NCBI GenBank assembly: GCA_047495785.1
Contig: JBLDXI010000028.1
Location: forward strand, 186,001 to 250,000
Reading direction: 5' to 3'
Source of the DNA: Lepidodermella squamata
Lineage: Eukaryota; Animalia; Gastrotricha
DNA: 64,000 bases
Part shown: positions 50,515 to 61,850 of the stretch, one piece after another
Layout of the letters: each line of letters opens with the position of its first letter
Position numbering within the stretch: position 1 is the stretch's first letter
Translations under genes and position numbers: made by a program
Notes under the pieces: model-generated
The model's input: only the letters and a program-made list of their open reading frames with translations
Told to the model about the DNA's origin: nothing
Databases searched by the model: none

Positions 50515-50775
50515 GTTCTGTTCTTTAGATTAACGGCATGCAAGTAGTGCCGCTGTACAAGTTGAGGCAACCGCGTGGCCCCACGCCAGAAGCAGTTTTA
50601 AACCACTTGAAGTGATGTGGACACCGCCTCCATTTCCGAAGTCACAACTGAATTCGGCAATATTCATCGCAACGGCAATGCTCGCCTTGCCGCCTGTTGC
50701 GTCGCTAGACCTGCGTCAATTTTTGTTCACAAAGGCTTAACGCGAATTCGATGCGACTTGAGCGATATCCCTACC
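50515..50775 (+). pseudogene. Decayed 5' part of Misato exon 5 (copy C), acceptor retained
   Basis: CTGTTCTTTAG|ATTAACGGCATGCAAGTAGTGCCGCTGTAC..TGAGGCAACCGC and CGCAACGGCAATGCTCGCCT align to 25980-26295. Confidence 0.85.
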
Positions 50776-50866
50776 CTTCTAATAGCAGTTTGCGACAGGT
50801 TTATGTTCGATTTTTAGTAAATTTTCTGTCTTTTCCGTAGATTTTTAAGAGTAATTTACGATTACG

Positions 50867-53363
50867 ATGGCACCATCAGCTGTCATTAGTCTGCAACAGA
50901 ACTCTCGGCTCTCGCTCCTTCAGTATATCATCTTCGACTTGTTCGGAAATATCTCCAAGGTGCTCGACGATATCCTCAAGGTGTTCGACGAAAACGAACG
51001 CCTTAAGCAAGAAAATCCAAACGGATACCATATCCTTGATAAGGCTGTTGAACAATTGCACCGAGAGCGCTCCAAACCAGTCTGCGTAAAAAGTCTTCCC
51101 ATAATTGTTCAGCTCATCAGCGCTCATAAACGTGTATACAATCATGTAACGGTTCATCAAGGACATGGAGACAATGAAACAACGAGGAAAGTACTCGAAG
51201 AACTAGGAGCACGACGAGGATTACTGGTTGCGCTGCAAATGGTAATCAAAAGTATAATCTCAGAAGAATTGACCTATGTTCCATTACGCGTCGTACGCCC
51301 TTGCTTGAAGGAGCTGCTGGATAATTTCGCAAGCACCTGCATGCCACCTCCCAACGGTTTTTTCGACGACAGCCTCGGACTGTTTTACAAAACTGTGAAC
51401 GATGACATCCAACTCCTCGACCTGGTCGAGGATTCGACATACATTGAACTACTCAGCCCGGCCAACGATCGGATGTACATTGAACTACTCGGCCAAGTCA
51501 AAGATTCGATGTACATAGATGATGTAACGTTTTTTATCCCGCTACCTTACTCCGTATCGCAATCGAATGGTAGTCTTTGGATAGCCTTCTTTTTAGGAGG
51601 TGGCTCTTACGAGACCGCGGACGCTGTGGAAACCAAGATGAATAGATCCATCTTGTCATGGTTGGAGTTCAATATCCAACGTGGCCAAAGAAATTGCCAC
51701 TTGGTCTGCCTCGAAGACGCCAAATGTGGCTATAATCGATATGGATACCTGCGAAAAACCGTGGAAGCTTTTTTGAGGGACCAGAGTAATAAATCAATAT
51801 TAAAGGACCTGCAAATTAGCGTCAGAGTTCAACGTGGTTTTATGAGGTTGAATGGCCAAACTGACAACAGGCTCAGCTGCGCTTTTGCTCTGACATGGGC
51901 CGCGAGCAACGCCCGACGGTTGGGTTATCGAATGCCACCGGCTTTGAGGCGTGAAAGCGTCGGACGCAACATCATCGACTCAGAGGAACCAACTTACGAA
52001 GAGATCGGAGTTGTACCGGATGACCGTCTCGTTTTCTGGTCACCCGAGGATGTCAACTTATTAAAACACGTTTGTAAGGAGTATTTTGGTACCAGAAGCG
52101 ATAATCAACCGCCAACTTTAAAAGATGTCATTGTTATCGTTAAACCCGTTGACGTCTTCAAATTGCTATGCTACTTGAACAAGTTCATTTACACAACAGA
52201 CGGAGCTAGTGACTTGCAGCGGACGGGCAAATTATCTCGGCTTAACCTGCGCAAAACCTTCAAAGCCATCATCAGCAGCAAATTGATTCGTTCCATCGTC
52301 CGGATTAACAGGGAACAACAGGTAACTGATAAATCTTTACTAAGAGCATGTCCGTTAGGTAGCCTTTTCGCGGCCGGTTTCAACTTTTTACCTTATTCTT
52401 GCTGAAAATTAACAAGAAAGCACATCTGGCATCTTTTTGGAAATCAACCCTTCAAGGGGAGGTTTGAGTTATCCGCGATTTTACCGAAGAAATTAAGAAT
52501 TAACCGGAATCCGGAACCCCATGGAATCGCGTCTCATCGCTGACTTTCTGATATCTTCTGATCGCAGCCGGTGGATAATACTTGGAGTAGGCCTCATACG
52601 CAACCAAAATTGAGGTGGATCGATTGTATTGAAAATATTTGAACAAAATCGGTATTAACAATTAACAATTATGGGGAGGCCCGGGATAGGAACGTTTGGC
52701 GGCGTTGTTATTTTGGGGAAATTTAAATTTTCGATCAAGAAATGATTGAGTTAGGCGAGCAGGATAGGCAGTACTCTTGGCGTGAACAAAATTATCCAGC
52801 GTATTGGGTACACCGGAGGAACTTCGTTTTATTATTTTTCTTTATCATTTAATTTTTTTAATTTGCTGATGATTAATTGAAGAAAATGATAAAATTAAGG
52901 TAATGCTAAGCTATGCCATGATCTGTTTTCCGTGTACTTGATTCTTTTCTTCTATTCTTTCATTTTGGTTTTATTTCATTCTGGCCTTTTAAAAATGAAA
53001 AATTATTGATTTACGAATGCGGCTAATTCTCCGATGATGATACTCATAAGTGTACTCATACATAATTTTTTTTAATATCATCAGGGTGAAGCAGGTTGGC
53101 CCGATGTCGGCAGATTCTTCATTCCTGATCCTAACAATCCTGGTGCCCCTCTCATCAATAAGCCGAAAGCCCTGAGCAAGGCATGCTTCGAGTTGTACAA
53201 GACTTGCTGGGAAAAAGGATGGAATATCAGCAATATCTCGAAGCCAAACGAAAGCTTTATCAGCCTGCAGGTCACCGTCGCAGAAGCTCATCAGGATTGG
53301 CTGTTGGTTCTCTGCGAATATCTAACTGCGCAGAAATTCGTCTTTTATCGCAGTTACGCCTGA
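50867..53363 (+). CDS. Orphan family member 2: 512-aa ORF plus a probable terminal exon 53085-53363
   Basis: Long open frame 50867-52405 after the acceptor ttttccgtag. In-phase donor CAG|GTAACT at 52321 and acceptor catcag| at 53084 would give about 577 aa. The 53085-53363 peptide aligns to the C-terminus of member 3. Confidence 0.65.
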
Positions 53364-54400
53364 CCTGCCGACATGGCCTCAAAATCAGTGAACAACCTGA
53401 ATGCAACCTGAACTTACCCTATTATCCTAGCGCTTATGACCTTATAGTTTAAACGCTGCAATATGCAGTATCTCCAGCGCGTCAATTGATGAGAGTTAGT
53501 GGCATATTTGTGGTGCAAATCTTTGCTGAAATCTTAGTGCTAAGTTCGTGACATGACAGCCAATAGTAAGTACCAAATTTTGTTAAGCGATCAAATATAC
53601 AAAGTTGTGTGCGCAATAAATGAAAATGCAATAACAAATTTGGTGCCTTTCTCTGGCTTTGTGAGCAGTTATTATGAGTTCAAAACTTGTGAATGTGCTG
53701 TCCGAAATGATTGCGTGGGCCTGACTTTGTGACGCAGCGGGCCGAAATGAAATCGGATAAATTACGCTGAATTGAGATTATTCGAATAAATATTATTTCG
53801 GATTATACTTGATTCCTACTTCCTATATGTTGAATTTCGTATTTCTCAATTGCTGAATTTTTAAATAATTTAGTAGACTTTTAATATAAAGCTGTCCATA
53901 AAATGGCAACTGTAAATACGCTGGCTTGATAGCACTAAGCCTTCGGACCTTGCGAATATTGGACAATATGTAAATGCGTTGTACACTTTCTCGCCTTTCA
54001 ATCGATCCACCGCTGGCGCTCTGTGACTTACGGTCGTTGAAAGAAACTTCGGAACGATGCCTCAGGCCGATCACACTTCACGACAAACAATCTGGATCTT
54101 TTGTCAAAACTCAAAGGAATGAATCGACTGTTTTTCAGTGCTACAATCTCTTGAAGAATTGCTGCAGATCTGGAACAGGCAAATGGGATCGGCGATAAAA
54201 GGTGACTCCTAAGGTTCGACCAAGATCCGTGGTTTATGGATAGCTTTGGAAGCCTGTTCACAGCGGGATCGCTGTCGACGACCTTTACCTATAGGGTGCT
54301 GATGGGCTCGCTGCCTGTGGGCTCAAAAGTCGAAAGCTTCGGGCGTTTTAGTAAATGGGCCGCCTTCTGATGTTGTTGAATTCTTGTCAAGGAACTGTTC

Positions 54401-54547
54401 TTGCATGAGCAGTGAGCAGCTGATGCAGGTTTTCGAGGTCGAAACCAGTTGCCACGGTGTTGCCCGAGTCCGAGATTTCCGAACGCCTCAAGTGGCTGCT
54501 CGATACGATGCTGTGAGCTGAAAGTCTCAATTGAACACGGCTGTGAT
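54401..54547 (+). pseudogene. Decayed 3' part of Misato exon 5 (copy C)
   Basis: CGGTGTTGCCCGAGTC...CGAACGCCTCAAGTGGCTGCTCGATACGATGCTGTGAGCTGAAAGTCTCAA aligns to 26511-26590. Confidence 0.85.
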
Positions 54548-54641
54548 TTCAATTTAGGACGAATACTATATTAGCATTTGTGATGCTTGTGGTTAATGAC
54601 ATTAAAGTTGGATTGCAATTTTCTAGATTTTTTGAACTATC

Positions 54642-56271
54642 ATGACATCATCGGTTGTTGTTTGCCCTGCTCTTGTCATACGGGATTGGTTGCTGCTTTC
54701 TCAAAGCCAGGGCCTGCTTGATAGCTATGAAGTTCACGGAGAAGAAATTGACCCAGAAAAAGCTAGACTCTTGTGTGCTACGGTCGCTTAATTGGGATAT
54801 ACAGGATTACAATGTTGGCTGTTCAATTTAATGCCTGGGATCATCGAAAAGCGCTATCGTACTTCGATATTAGGCGAGTGGTTGGAAGGTCTCAGACGGT
54901 ACTTGCTATCTCGCATTGAAGCAGTTGATATCAGCCGCGATCTCACTCGCCTATTTGGCATTCCGAACTACTGTGGCTGGCGTTTGGACTTTGCAATTAC
55001 GACACGAACCAGCCACTGCCTTGCTCAAAGATCTACTTGGCACGACCCTGTCGAACCAGCTGAACGCGCCGGATTCCACTGAATTGCAGGTCGTGTACTT
55101 TCTAGGCAAGGGCGGCTTTCGTGGGGCATTTAGCAACCAGTTCCAGCTCTTATTTGATCTACCAAATGGGGGCATCGTTCGAGCGGCCGTGGTTGCAGCC
55201 TACATTGAGGCGTGGTTCAACGCCGCGGCGAACGGGCGCCATTTAGTCGTCGTGGTAGATGTAGAGAATGGCCATCTTGCCGTTGAGGATTTGACTAAGT
55301 TTGCAGCAGCCGGCTTCAATACGCTGTTAACAAATGGCGGCGAATTGGAGCGAAGAGAGTGTAGCATTACCGTCCAGTCTGCTAGTCACGCCGGCGGCTT
55401 CACATCGCTGGTATTCGCGTTGCTCAATTCTCGACACCTCGGCTATAGAGTGCCGGTAGCGTTGACGGCGAATGCGATTGCTTTTCCGCATATTTCCGGC
55501 CTGCCAGAGGTGTCATTCAGGCAGATTGGCACTCCAAGCGAAAAAGTCCAGCGACTGCATTTTTTGAACGGGGACACCGATGCCGCGTTGGCGCGTGATT
55601 TGTGGAACGGGCTACTCAGCCATGACCCGTGGCGGGACCCGACACATCGTCCTGTAGTCGAAGTCGCTGTGCCACCTACTGAGTTGCATGCATTCATGCG
55701 AAACTTGGACTGGCCGGCATATCGAGATATTCTATACAGTCTGGATCGAGAAGCATTGCTTGCCATTTTAAGCCAGTTTAGCCCGCGGAATATCGTCGAC
55801 ATTTGCCTCGAGAAAGCCGTCGAGCGCTTGCGCAGTGACTGGCATAGGCTGGAATTTCTGGGCGAGTTCGATATTGACGAAGTGCTTTTCTGCCTGCGGC
55901 GACGTCAGCTTGATCGTAGCAGCATACTCGAATTAGGTTGGAATTCCAAGTTGCTTTCAACAAACCGCGATTACCTGGGTGAAGCCCTTGCCGTATTGGA
56001 AGCTGGAGTGCGACATCTGATCTATCGCGTCAATTGGGATGCAACTGATGCTCTTGATCGTTTAGATCTGATTCACATATTAGGCGAATTGCATGGCAGC
56101 GTGAGTGTTGCCTTGCATCTTCGAGGCCTTCAGATCTCGCTTGTTTCTTTGCCAAGCGATACTCAGCGGTACTTACGCCTGCGAATTGACATGAATGACG
56201 CCGACGCTGATCAGATTCAGCACCTTGAAAGGTTCCTTGTTAGGGAGAAGTACACCTTTTGGCGTGCCTAA
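54642..56271 (+). pseudogene. Orphan family member 3, apparently disabled (TAA at 54789 and a frameshift at about 54970-55080)
   Basis: ATG 54642 (MTSSVVV; member 2 begins MAPSAVI) after ttttctag is in frame with track ORF 54792..55082 across one TAA. The rest is track ORF 54916..56271, which lacks its own N-terminal ATG. Confidence 0.65.
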
Positions 56272-57054
56272 GTTGCAGAGCTTCAGTTTCATCGTCATTC
56301 AGAGCAAAGATAACCTTGGAGTTGTGCTATCTACTTGAGATCTTGATAATTTGCACAACCGCTGCAACGATACCTACATATGTATATACCATTGTCGTGT
56401 TATCTAATCGATTGCAAATTAGTAGTCGTTTTTCGCACGTTCTTACTTCTATTTCACTATCTCTACACTATCTCTACAAATGAATGAAGCATTTATTTCC
56501 TCTCAAAAATGAATCATCAAATTGCTGCCAATATCTTGACTTTCTCGAAATTGCATGATCAACCTAGCCGTAGAAAGATGGGATTGTATTATTGTTGTTG
56601 CTTTCTTGCTCAAAATTCACATGCGAAATTCCATTTTGTTGAGCTAAAAAGTGGGAGAATGTTCCATTTCCGTTCGATTGCTGCCTTGATCAGTGCTTTT
56701 AAAGCCCTCTTTTTGCTATTGTTTTACGGCATAATCTGTTCCTTTACCAAATTTTACTGAAGACACTACTTGTCCGCGATCTGAATTGACGCTTTATTCA
56801 ACATATTTTATCTCTTTTCACAACATAATCTCGCATGCCGAACGGTGAAATTTCGTCATTTGTGCCTATACGAAATGTGCTATTTACGCTTTACACCAAT
56901 GATTGATACAAACAATAAATTCAGTCTGCAATATGCAATCTGTGTTTTTATTTGATCACTATCGGTTTCCCAGCAAGAAAATTAAGAAATCTTATCAATT
57001 CGCAAATTCAAGAAATAATTATCAATTTTGTAGAAATTTAGTGAAAATCACATC

Positions 57055-58110
57055 ATGACGTTAACAGCAGCCTGCGACGAAATAGCCGTTGACATTCTGC
57101 GCTGCGCAGATGCATATGACATCAATGATATCGGCACCTTCGTTTCTGGCGACGACCAGTTCGAAATATTTGTCACTATTCAACGTCGCAACAAGGAATG
57201 CCCATTGCAGCCAGCATGCAAGGCTTCAACTTGCAAGCACGCTAATTTAAGCAGTTGGCAACAACACATTCATCTTGACATCAGATCACTGGGCGATTGC
57301 TCGACTTGGCATCCGATGTTAGGACCTGGGTCTAGTGTTTATGATAAGTTGACGGAACAGCTACAACTTAGCGATAATGAAAAGTGTCTAATCGTAGTTA
57401 GACCAGTCGAAAAAGCTGACTCACAACTTTCCACAGGCGAGCTTGAAGCGAAATTCATGCAATCAGTAGGATCTGTAATTCCCGGAAAACCAGTCAAGTG
57501 TATCGATGCTAATTTGAGCAGTAAAACCTTCGCAATTCGCCTACCCAACGATGAAGATATCGATTCTACTGAAGAAATCCTCCGAGATTGCGGTTGCGCT
57601 ACTTATCGTGTAAACGAACTCTGGGTTTCAGGTGGAACGTTTTCTTCTGATGGGAAGGACAAAAAAGCCGACTTCACAGCTGCTTGGAAAGTACTTCACC
57701 AGAAAATCACTGAAAAACTAGATGCATCACAAGATGCCGAATCGGCGGCCTTTATTCCTGATGAAAGTGGAGCTGTTTCCGATGAAAAAACCCGTAAGCG
57801 TTATTCACTGATAAACTGCCTAGTCAAGGATTGGCAGGCTAGCGTCGCAGTGACTCTCGAAAACGCCCATGCCATCATGGCTCTCACATCGAAGTCTTGC
57901 AAATCAGCCGAGTTGGAAATTACACTGATGAAAGAAGGATTCGGTTCGGTTTTGAAGAGAATAAAATCATGTCCTTGCAATAAATGTATATCTTTGAAAA
58001 ATCAGCATATTTTGGAGAAGGCTGAGGCTTTCCTGGCCGAAGCTCGACGAGTTTGGCCGACTTTCAAGTCTATTCCAAGCGGATCTCATCGGTTGAAATT
58101 TCTACAATAA
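57055..58110 (+). CDS. Intronless orphan protein, 351 aa, Cys-rich ends
   Basis: 1056-nt ORF with ATG after acceptor-like ttttgtag/atttag. No family recognised. Confidence 0.6.
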   Translation: MTLTAACDEIAVDILRCADAYDINDIGTFVSGDDQFEIFVTIQRRNKECPLQPACKASTCKHANLSSWQQHIHLDIRSLGDCSTWHPMLGPGSSVYDKLTEQLQLSDNEKCLIVVRPVEKADSQLSTGELEAKFMQSVGSVIPGKPVKCIDANLSSKTFAIRLPNDEDIDSTEEILRDCGCATYRVNELWVSGGTFSSDGKDKKADFTAAWKVLHQKITEKLDASQDAESAAFIPDESGAVSDEKTRKRYSLINCLVKDWQASVAVTLENAHAIMALTSKSCKSAELEITLMKEGFGSVLKRIKSCPCNKCISLKNQHILEKAEAFLAEARRVWPTFKSIPSGSHRLKFLQ

Positions 58111-58844
58111 CTTTCTCTGATTCTAGTCGTGGATTGAATTTGTACTTGATCGTTTGCTATGTTATTCGCTGTATATTTCCGAACTGGTGCGGTGTGCGGT
58201 AGTAAATTTGAAAATTGTGACCTGATATTTGTGTGTCATGAGGGGTAACATCAGTAGCGAGAGATGCGCAGTGCAGCAGAAGAATCTTCCCACTGGAGCC
58301 GATTAAGGGGCTTGACGTAGATTAAGTGCATCTACGTCACGTTCATTCATTCAATTTCGTGACCACACATAATTGCCCATGAAGGGCTCGACAGGCGTGG
58401 AGCCACATATATCATGCCGCAGTCGTATATACAAAGCCATGCTTGAGGAGGCGTAGTAATTATTTCTCGTAAAGTAACAAAATTCTACGTGATTTATCCT
58501 GCTTTAATGGTTGCCACCAGGTGTTAAGCTTGAATATTTCGAATGTGCACGACTTGGCATATAGTTTTCAACAAGGTGGTCGATATAGTAAATAGTAAAC
58601 ATGTATATAAGTAATGTTCATGTTCGTGGGGTTTTCACTAGTACGTAGTTAACACATGCGAGCAAGTGTTAGAATAAAAACCATACTAATGATCTCGATT
58701 AAGAGCCTCTTAGGACTCGAGAACTTCCCTATTGTTTCCATTTTTCTCGCCACCAGGACAAAATTAGACTCGGTTTTTGTTTCTCGAAAAAACTACATTC
58801 TCCATGTTAAGAAACCATCATTTCAAGTGCTTTTGTTATGACAG

Positions 58845-60105
58845 ATGGCAATGATTAATTTAATATTAGGCAGCCTCATGCTTGGGGTGACACAGGCTTG
58901 TCTTTCGATATCAACTTCAACGACTCCAACGCCCATTAGACGTTACTCGCCCGGTGACCAGAATGCTACCCCAGCGCCTCCTCCAGCTGTCGTATCAACT
59001 TGCGGCCATACCAAGTACGTTATAAGGCATTTTTGAAAGTCGAAAATGTTCATTATGGCAATTATTTAGAAATTATTATTCGACCAATAATCCAGGATCT
59101 GGTGTTGTGGGAGGTATCAACTCGACTCAGGGCCAGTAAGGATCTTCCGTGGATATTTCTGCAAATTGTTGAACTTTCTGCACTTCCTAGATGGCCCTGG
59201 TTGGCACGCCTCAGTATTACAGATAACCTTGGCAATGTCGGTACCTGTGGTGCATCCATTATCAATGAAAGATTCCTCGTCACTGCGGCGCATTGTATCG
59301 TCGATGGCGTTACGTAAGTCTGCGACCATTCTAAACTTTGTCGACCTCAAATTTGTATAGAGAAATCTTTAAAATTATGAGAAGCGCGTTTGTCTAAAGC
59401 CGAATTTCCTATGTAGAACGATCACTGCTACGTTTAACGACTTCGATGCGAACACAGTCGAAGCGAATGAATTCACAATAACTGCATCGAAGGTTATCAA
59501 ACACGGCTCTTACAACTCGACCTCGTACAATTTTGACATCGCCTTGTTACAACTGCCGAGTGCGCTCAATTTCACCGGCTCTTGGAGCGTTCAGAAAATA
59601 TGTTTACCCACCACATGTGATACCGGCTGTGCAGAGGGTACGGTAGCTTACATTGCTGGATGGGGAAAACGGAAAGAAAGTGAGTTTCTTTTTACCTGAA
59701 TTTTCGATAATTTTATGTCTGAAATGGTCCCAATTAGGCGATTTCTCATATTATCGATTCCTTCAGGTGCGATCTTTTCTTCCTGCTTTGGTTTGACTTT
59801 AAGATTCCACTTCATTTCAGACTGCCTACGTTGTGATAGCCAATACTGCTGAATGCATAGTTCAGTACTTTTCTCAGCCTTGGGCGATGACCGATACAAA
59901 AATGTGCGCCGGTTACTTCGCGGGTGGCATTGACTCTTGCAACGGCGATTCCGGCGGCCCGCTTATGGTTGTCGAAGACGGTTACTTCAAATTATGCGGA
60001 ATCGTGAGCAGCGGTGACGGATGCGCGAGGCAAAATCGATATGGAATTTACACTCGCGTATGCGCTCTTGTGTCTTGGATCAATGCCAACGCAGTCGTGT
60101 CCTGA
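58845..60105 (+). CDS. Secreted trypsin-like (S1A) serine protease, 6 exons
   Basis: Signal peptide, VVGG, WPW, TAAHC, DIALL, AGWG, IDSCNGDSGGP, GIYTRV. Exons 58845-59014, 59070-59135, 59191-59313, 59417-59679, 59738-59766, 59821-60105. Confidence 0.92.
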
Positions 60106-60671
60106 TTAAACTTCATCATTCATCCGATCAGGGAAATCGTCCTATCGCTCATAAATTACATTATTTTTACTCGGAGATGGTCTGAAATCTGGATTCTAAA
60201 AAGTTGAAAGCCTGTTAAAATTGCCTGCTGGCGTAGAGTTATTTACAAGTTGAATTTTGGAGATTCCCCGCGGGTCACGTGTCATAGATATCGAGTTGCG
60301 CTTCGCCCCAACATTCAATTCACAGCTTAGGAAGCATAGTGAAGTTTCCAATCACAGCTTTACATCTATGACACATGATACGGTGACTTCTTGCAAAGCG
60401 TTCGTCTTTTTGAACCGCTTATCGTCTGGTTTTCGAAAGCAAAATAAAAGTTGTGATTAAAAAGAAGCGAAACTTGAGCCAATTATCTAAGTGTCATCTG
60501 AGATTTCCCTATCTTGAAAAGGATCTATTCCTGGCGAGCTCTAGCTTTACTAAAAACAGTGAACTCGAGGAATGGCAGTGTCACTGGGAAACTCCTCTGC
60601 TCTTTGATGACTCTGTTAGTTAACCAATACTTTTTTAGTTTCAATACTTTTATTTTCGAAATTTCTCAGGT

Positions 60672-61850
60672 TTACGACATTGATACCGATGGCGATCTAC
60701 TAAATTCGGTACCGGATGAAAATTCACCAAAAATGAAATTCGACCAGCCAGGCTTGATCATCTGAACGCTAGCGCCAACAATCATCTCTAGAACAGGAAA
60801 ATACATTCCCAGTTTATGCAGCCATGCCGATGAATATCGCGGCCCGATATCTTCGTAAAACGCCTCGAAAACAAATGCAATCAGCCCAGGAATGTGAAAC
60901 GTTACATAAATAAAGAAAACAGCCATAGATTGCTGAGCAAAGAAGACCTCCCGTTCCCGCCAGTCAGCGTAGTACTTTGAATTCAACGAATCAAGCTCTT
61001 TATTCGACCGCTTCTGCCGTCGTTTACTCGCCCGTTTTTTCACCTTCCGAATACAAGCGAAGATGTGATAGTAATTATTTCCGAGTAACATCCCCGGGAT
61101 GTAAACGCCTATTGCGTAATACATGAGCTGGAGTAAACTTGAATCCGCGCTTCCATAGAGCTTATGCTGGAATCCTGAGCAAATCCCAACAGGTTCTCCG
61201 CTGTTGACTCCATCGATTGCAATCAACTCCTTGCGCCAAATATTGACGGGCCAAACTGCCATTAAACAGGAAACACCGAAGTTGCCGAGGAAGAGAGCTG
61301 CAACACAAAGTAGAAGTTTCATTGTGTTAGCTTGGTAATTTGGATTATTTGATAGTATACACAACCGGCGTTCGTATGAGATCAGCATGTTCATGAAAGT
61401 GCCGAAATTGCCGAGAGTGAATAGAGCCCAGTGGACCACCGTACAACTCCAATCGTCTAATTCCCAATAGCCTGTTCTCAAAGTGATTAACAGCCCAATG
61501 GAGTAATCTGCAGCAAATGCAATGTTTCGGGCGCCATTTATAGCGACCAGGATTAGAAAGTCTTTCTTCACTCGTCTTTTGTAATAAACGACGCAGCTCG
61601 CCACTGTTGTAATGATGACTAGGAAAAAGGTGAAGATGAACAACAAGGTGTATGACAATCTGTCGGTGATGGTTTTGTAGTCGAGATCGTGATACCATCC
61701 GATGAATTGAGGCCTCGCTTGCTCGTAACCCGTCTCGGGTAGATAAATATTGATCCACGCTCCGTTGATCAGTTGAGCCATCGGTTTTTCGATGGTATTT
61801 GATCCCAGTGCACGCAGTGAGTGACTCATATTTTTTTCAACTCTAGTCAT
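60672..61850 (-). CDS. Rhodopsin-like (class A) GPCR, intronless, divergent
   Basis: Seven hydrophobic segments, W...C before TM3, SYERR at the DRY position, ECL2 Cys, basic third loop and FHIP in TM6. Confidence 0.8.
   Translation of the reverse strand: MTRVEKNMSHSLRALGSNTIEKPMAQLINGAWINIYLPETGYEQARPQFIGWYHDLDYKTITDRLSYTLLFIFTFFLVIITTVASCVVYYKRRVKKDFLILVAINGARNIAFAADYSIGLLITLRTGYWELDDWSCTVVHWALFTLGNFGTFMNMLISYERRLCILSNNPNYQANTMKLLLCVAALFLGNFGVSCLMAVWPVNIWRKELIAIDGVNSGEPVGICSGFQHKLYGSADSSLLQLMYYAIGVYIPGMLLGNNYYHIFACIRKVKKRASKRRQKRSNKELDSLNSKYYADWREREVFFAQQSMAVFFIYVTFHIPGLIAFVFEAFYEDIGPRYSSAWLHKLGMYFPVLEMIVGASVQMIKPGWSNFIFGEFSSGTEFSRSPSVSMS

Noticed and set aside
53950-54380. Coding-looking stretch before the exon 5 remnant
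   Set aside because: Only short frames and no similarity I could support.
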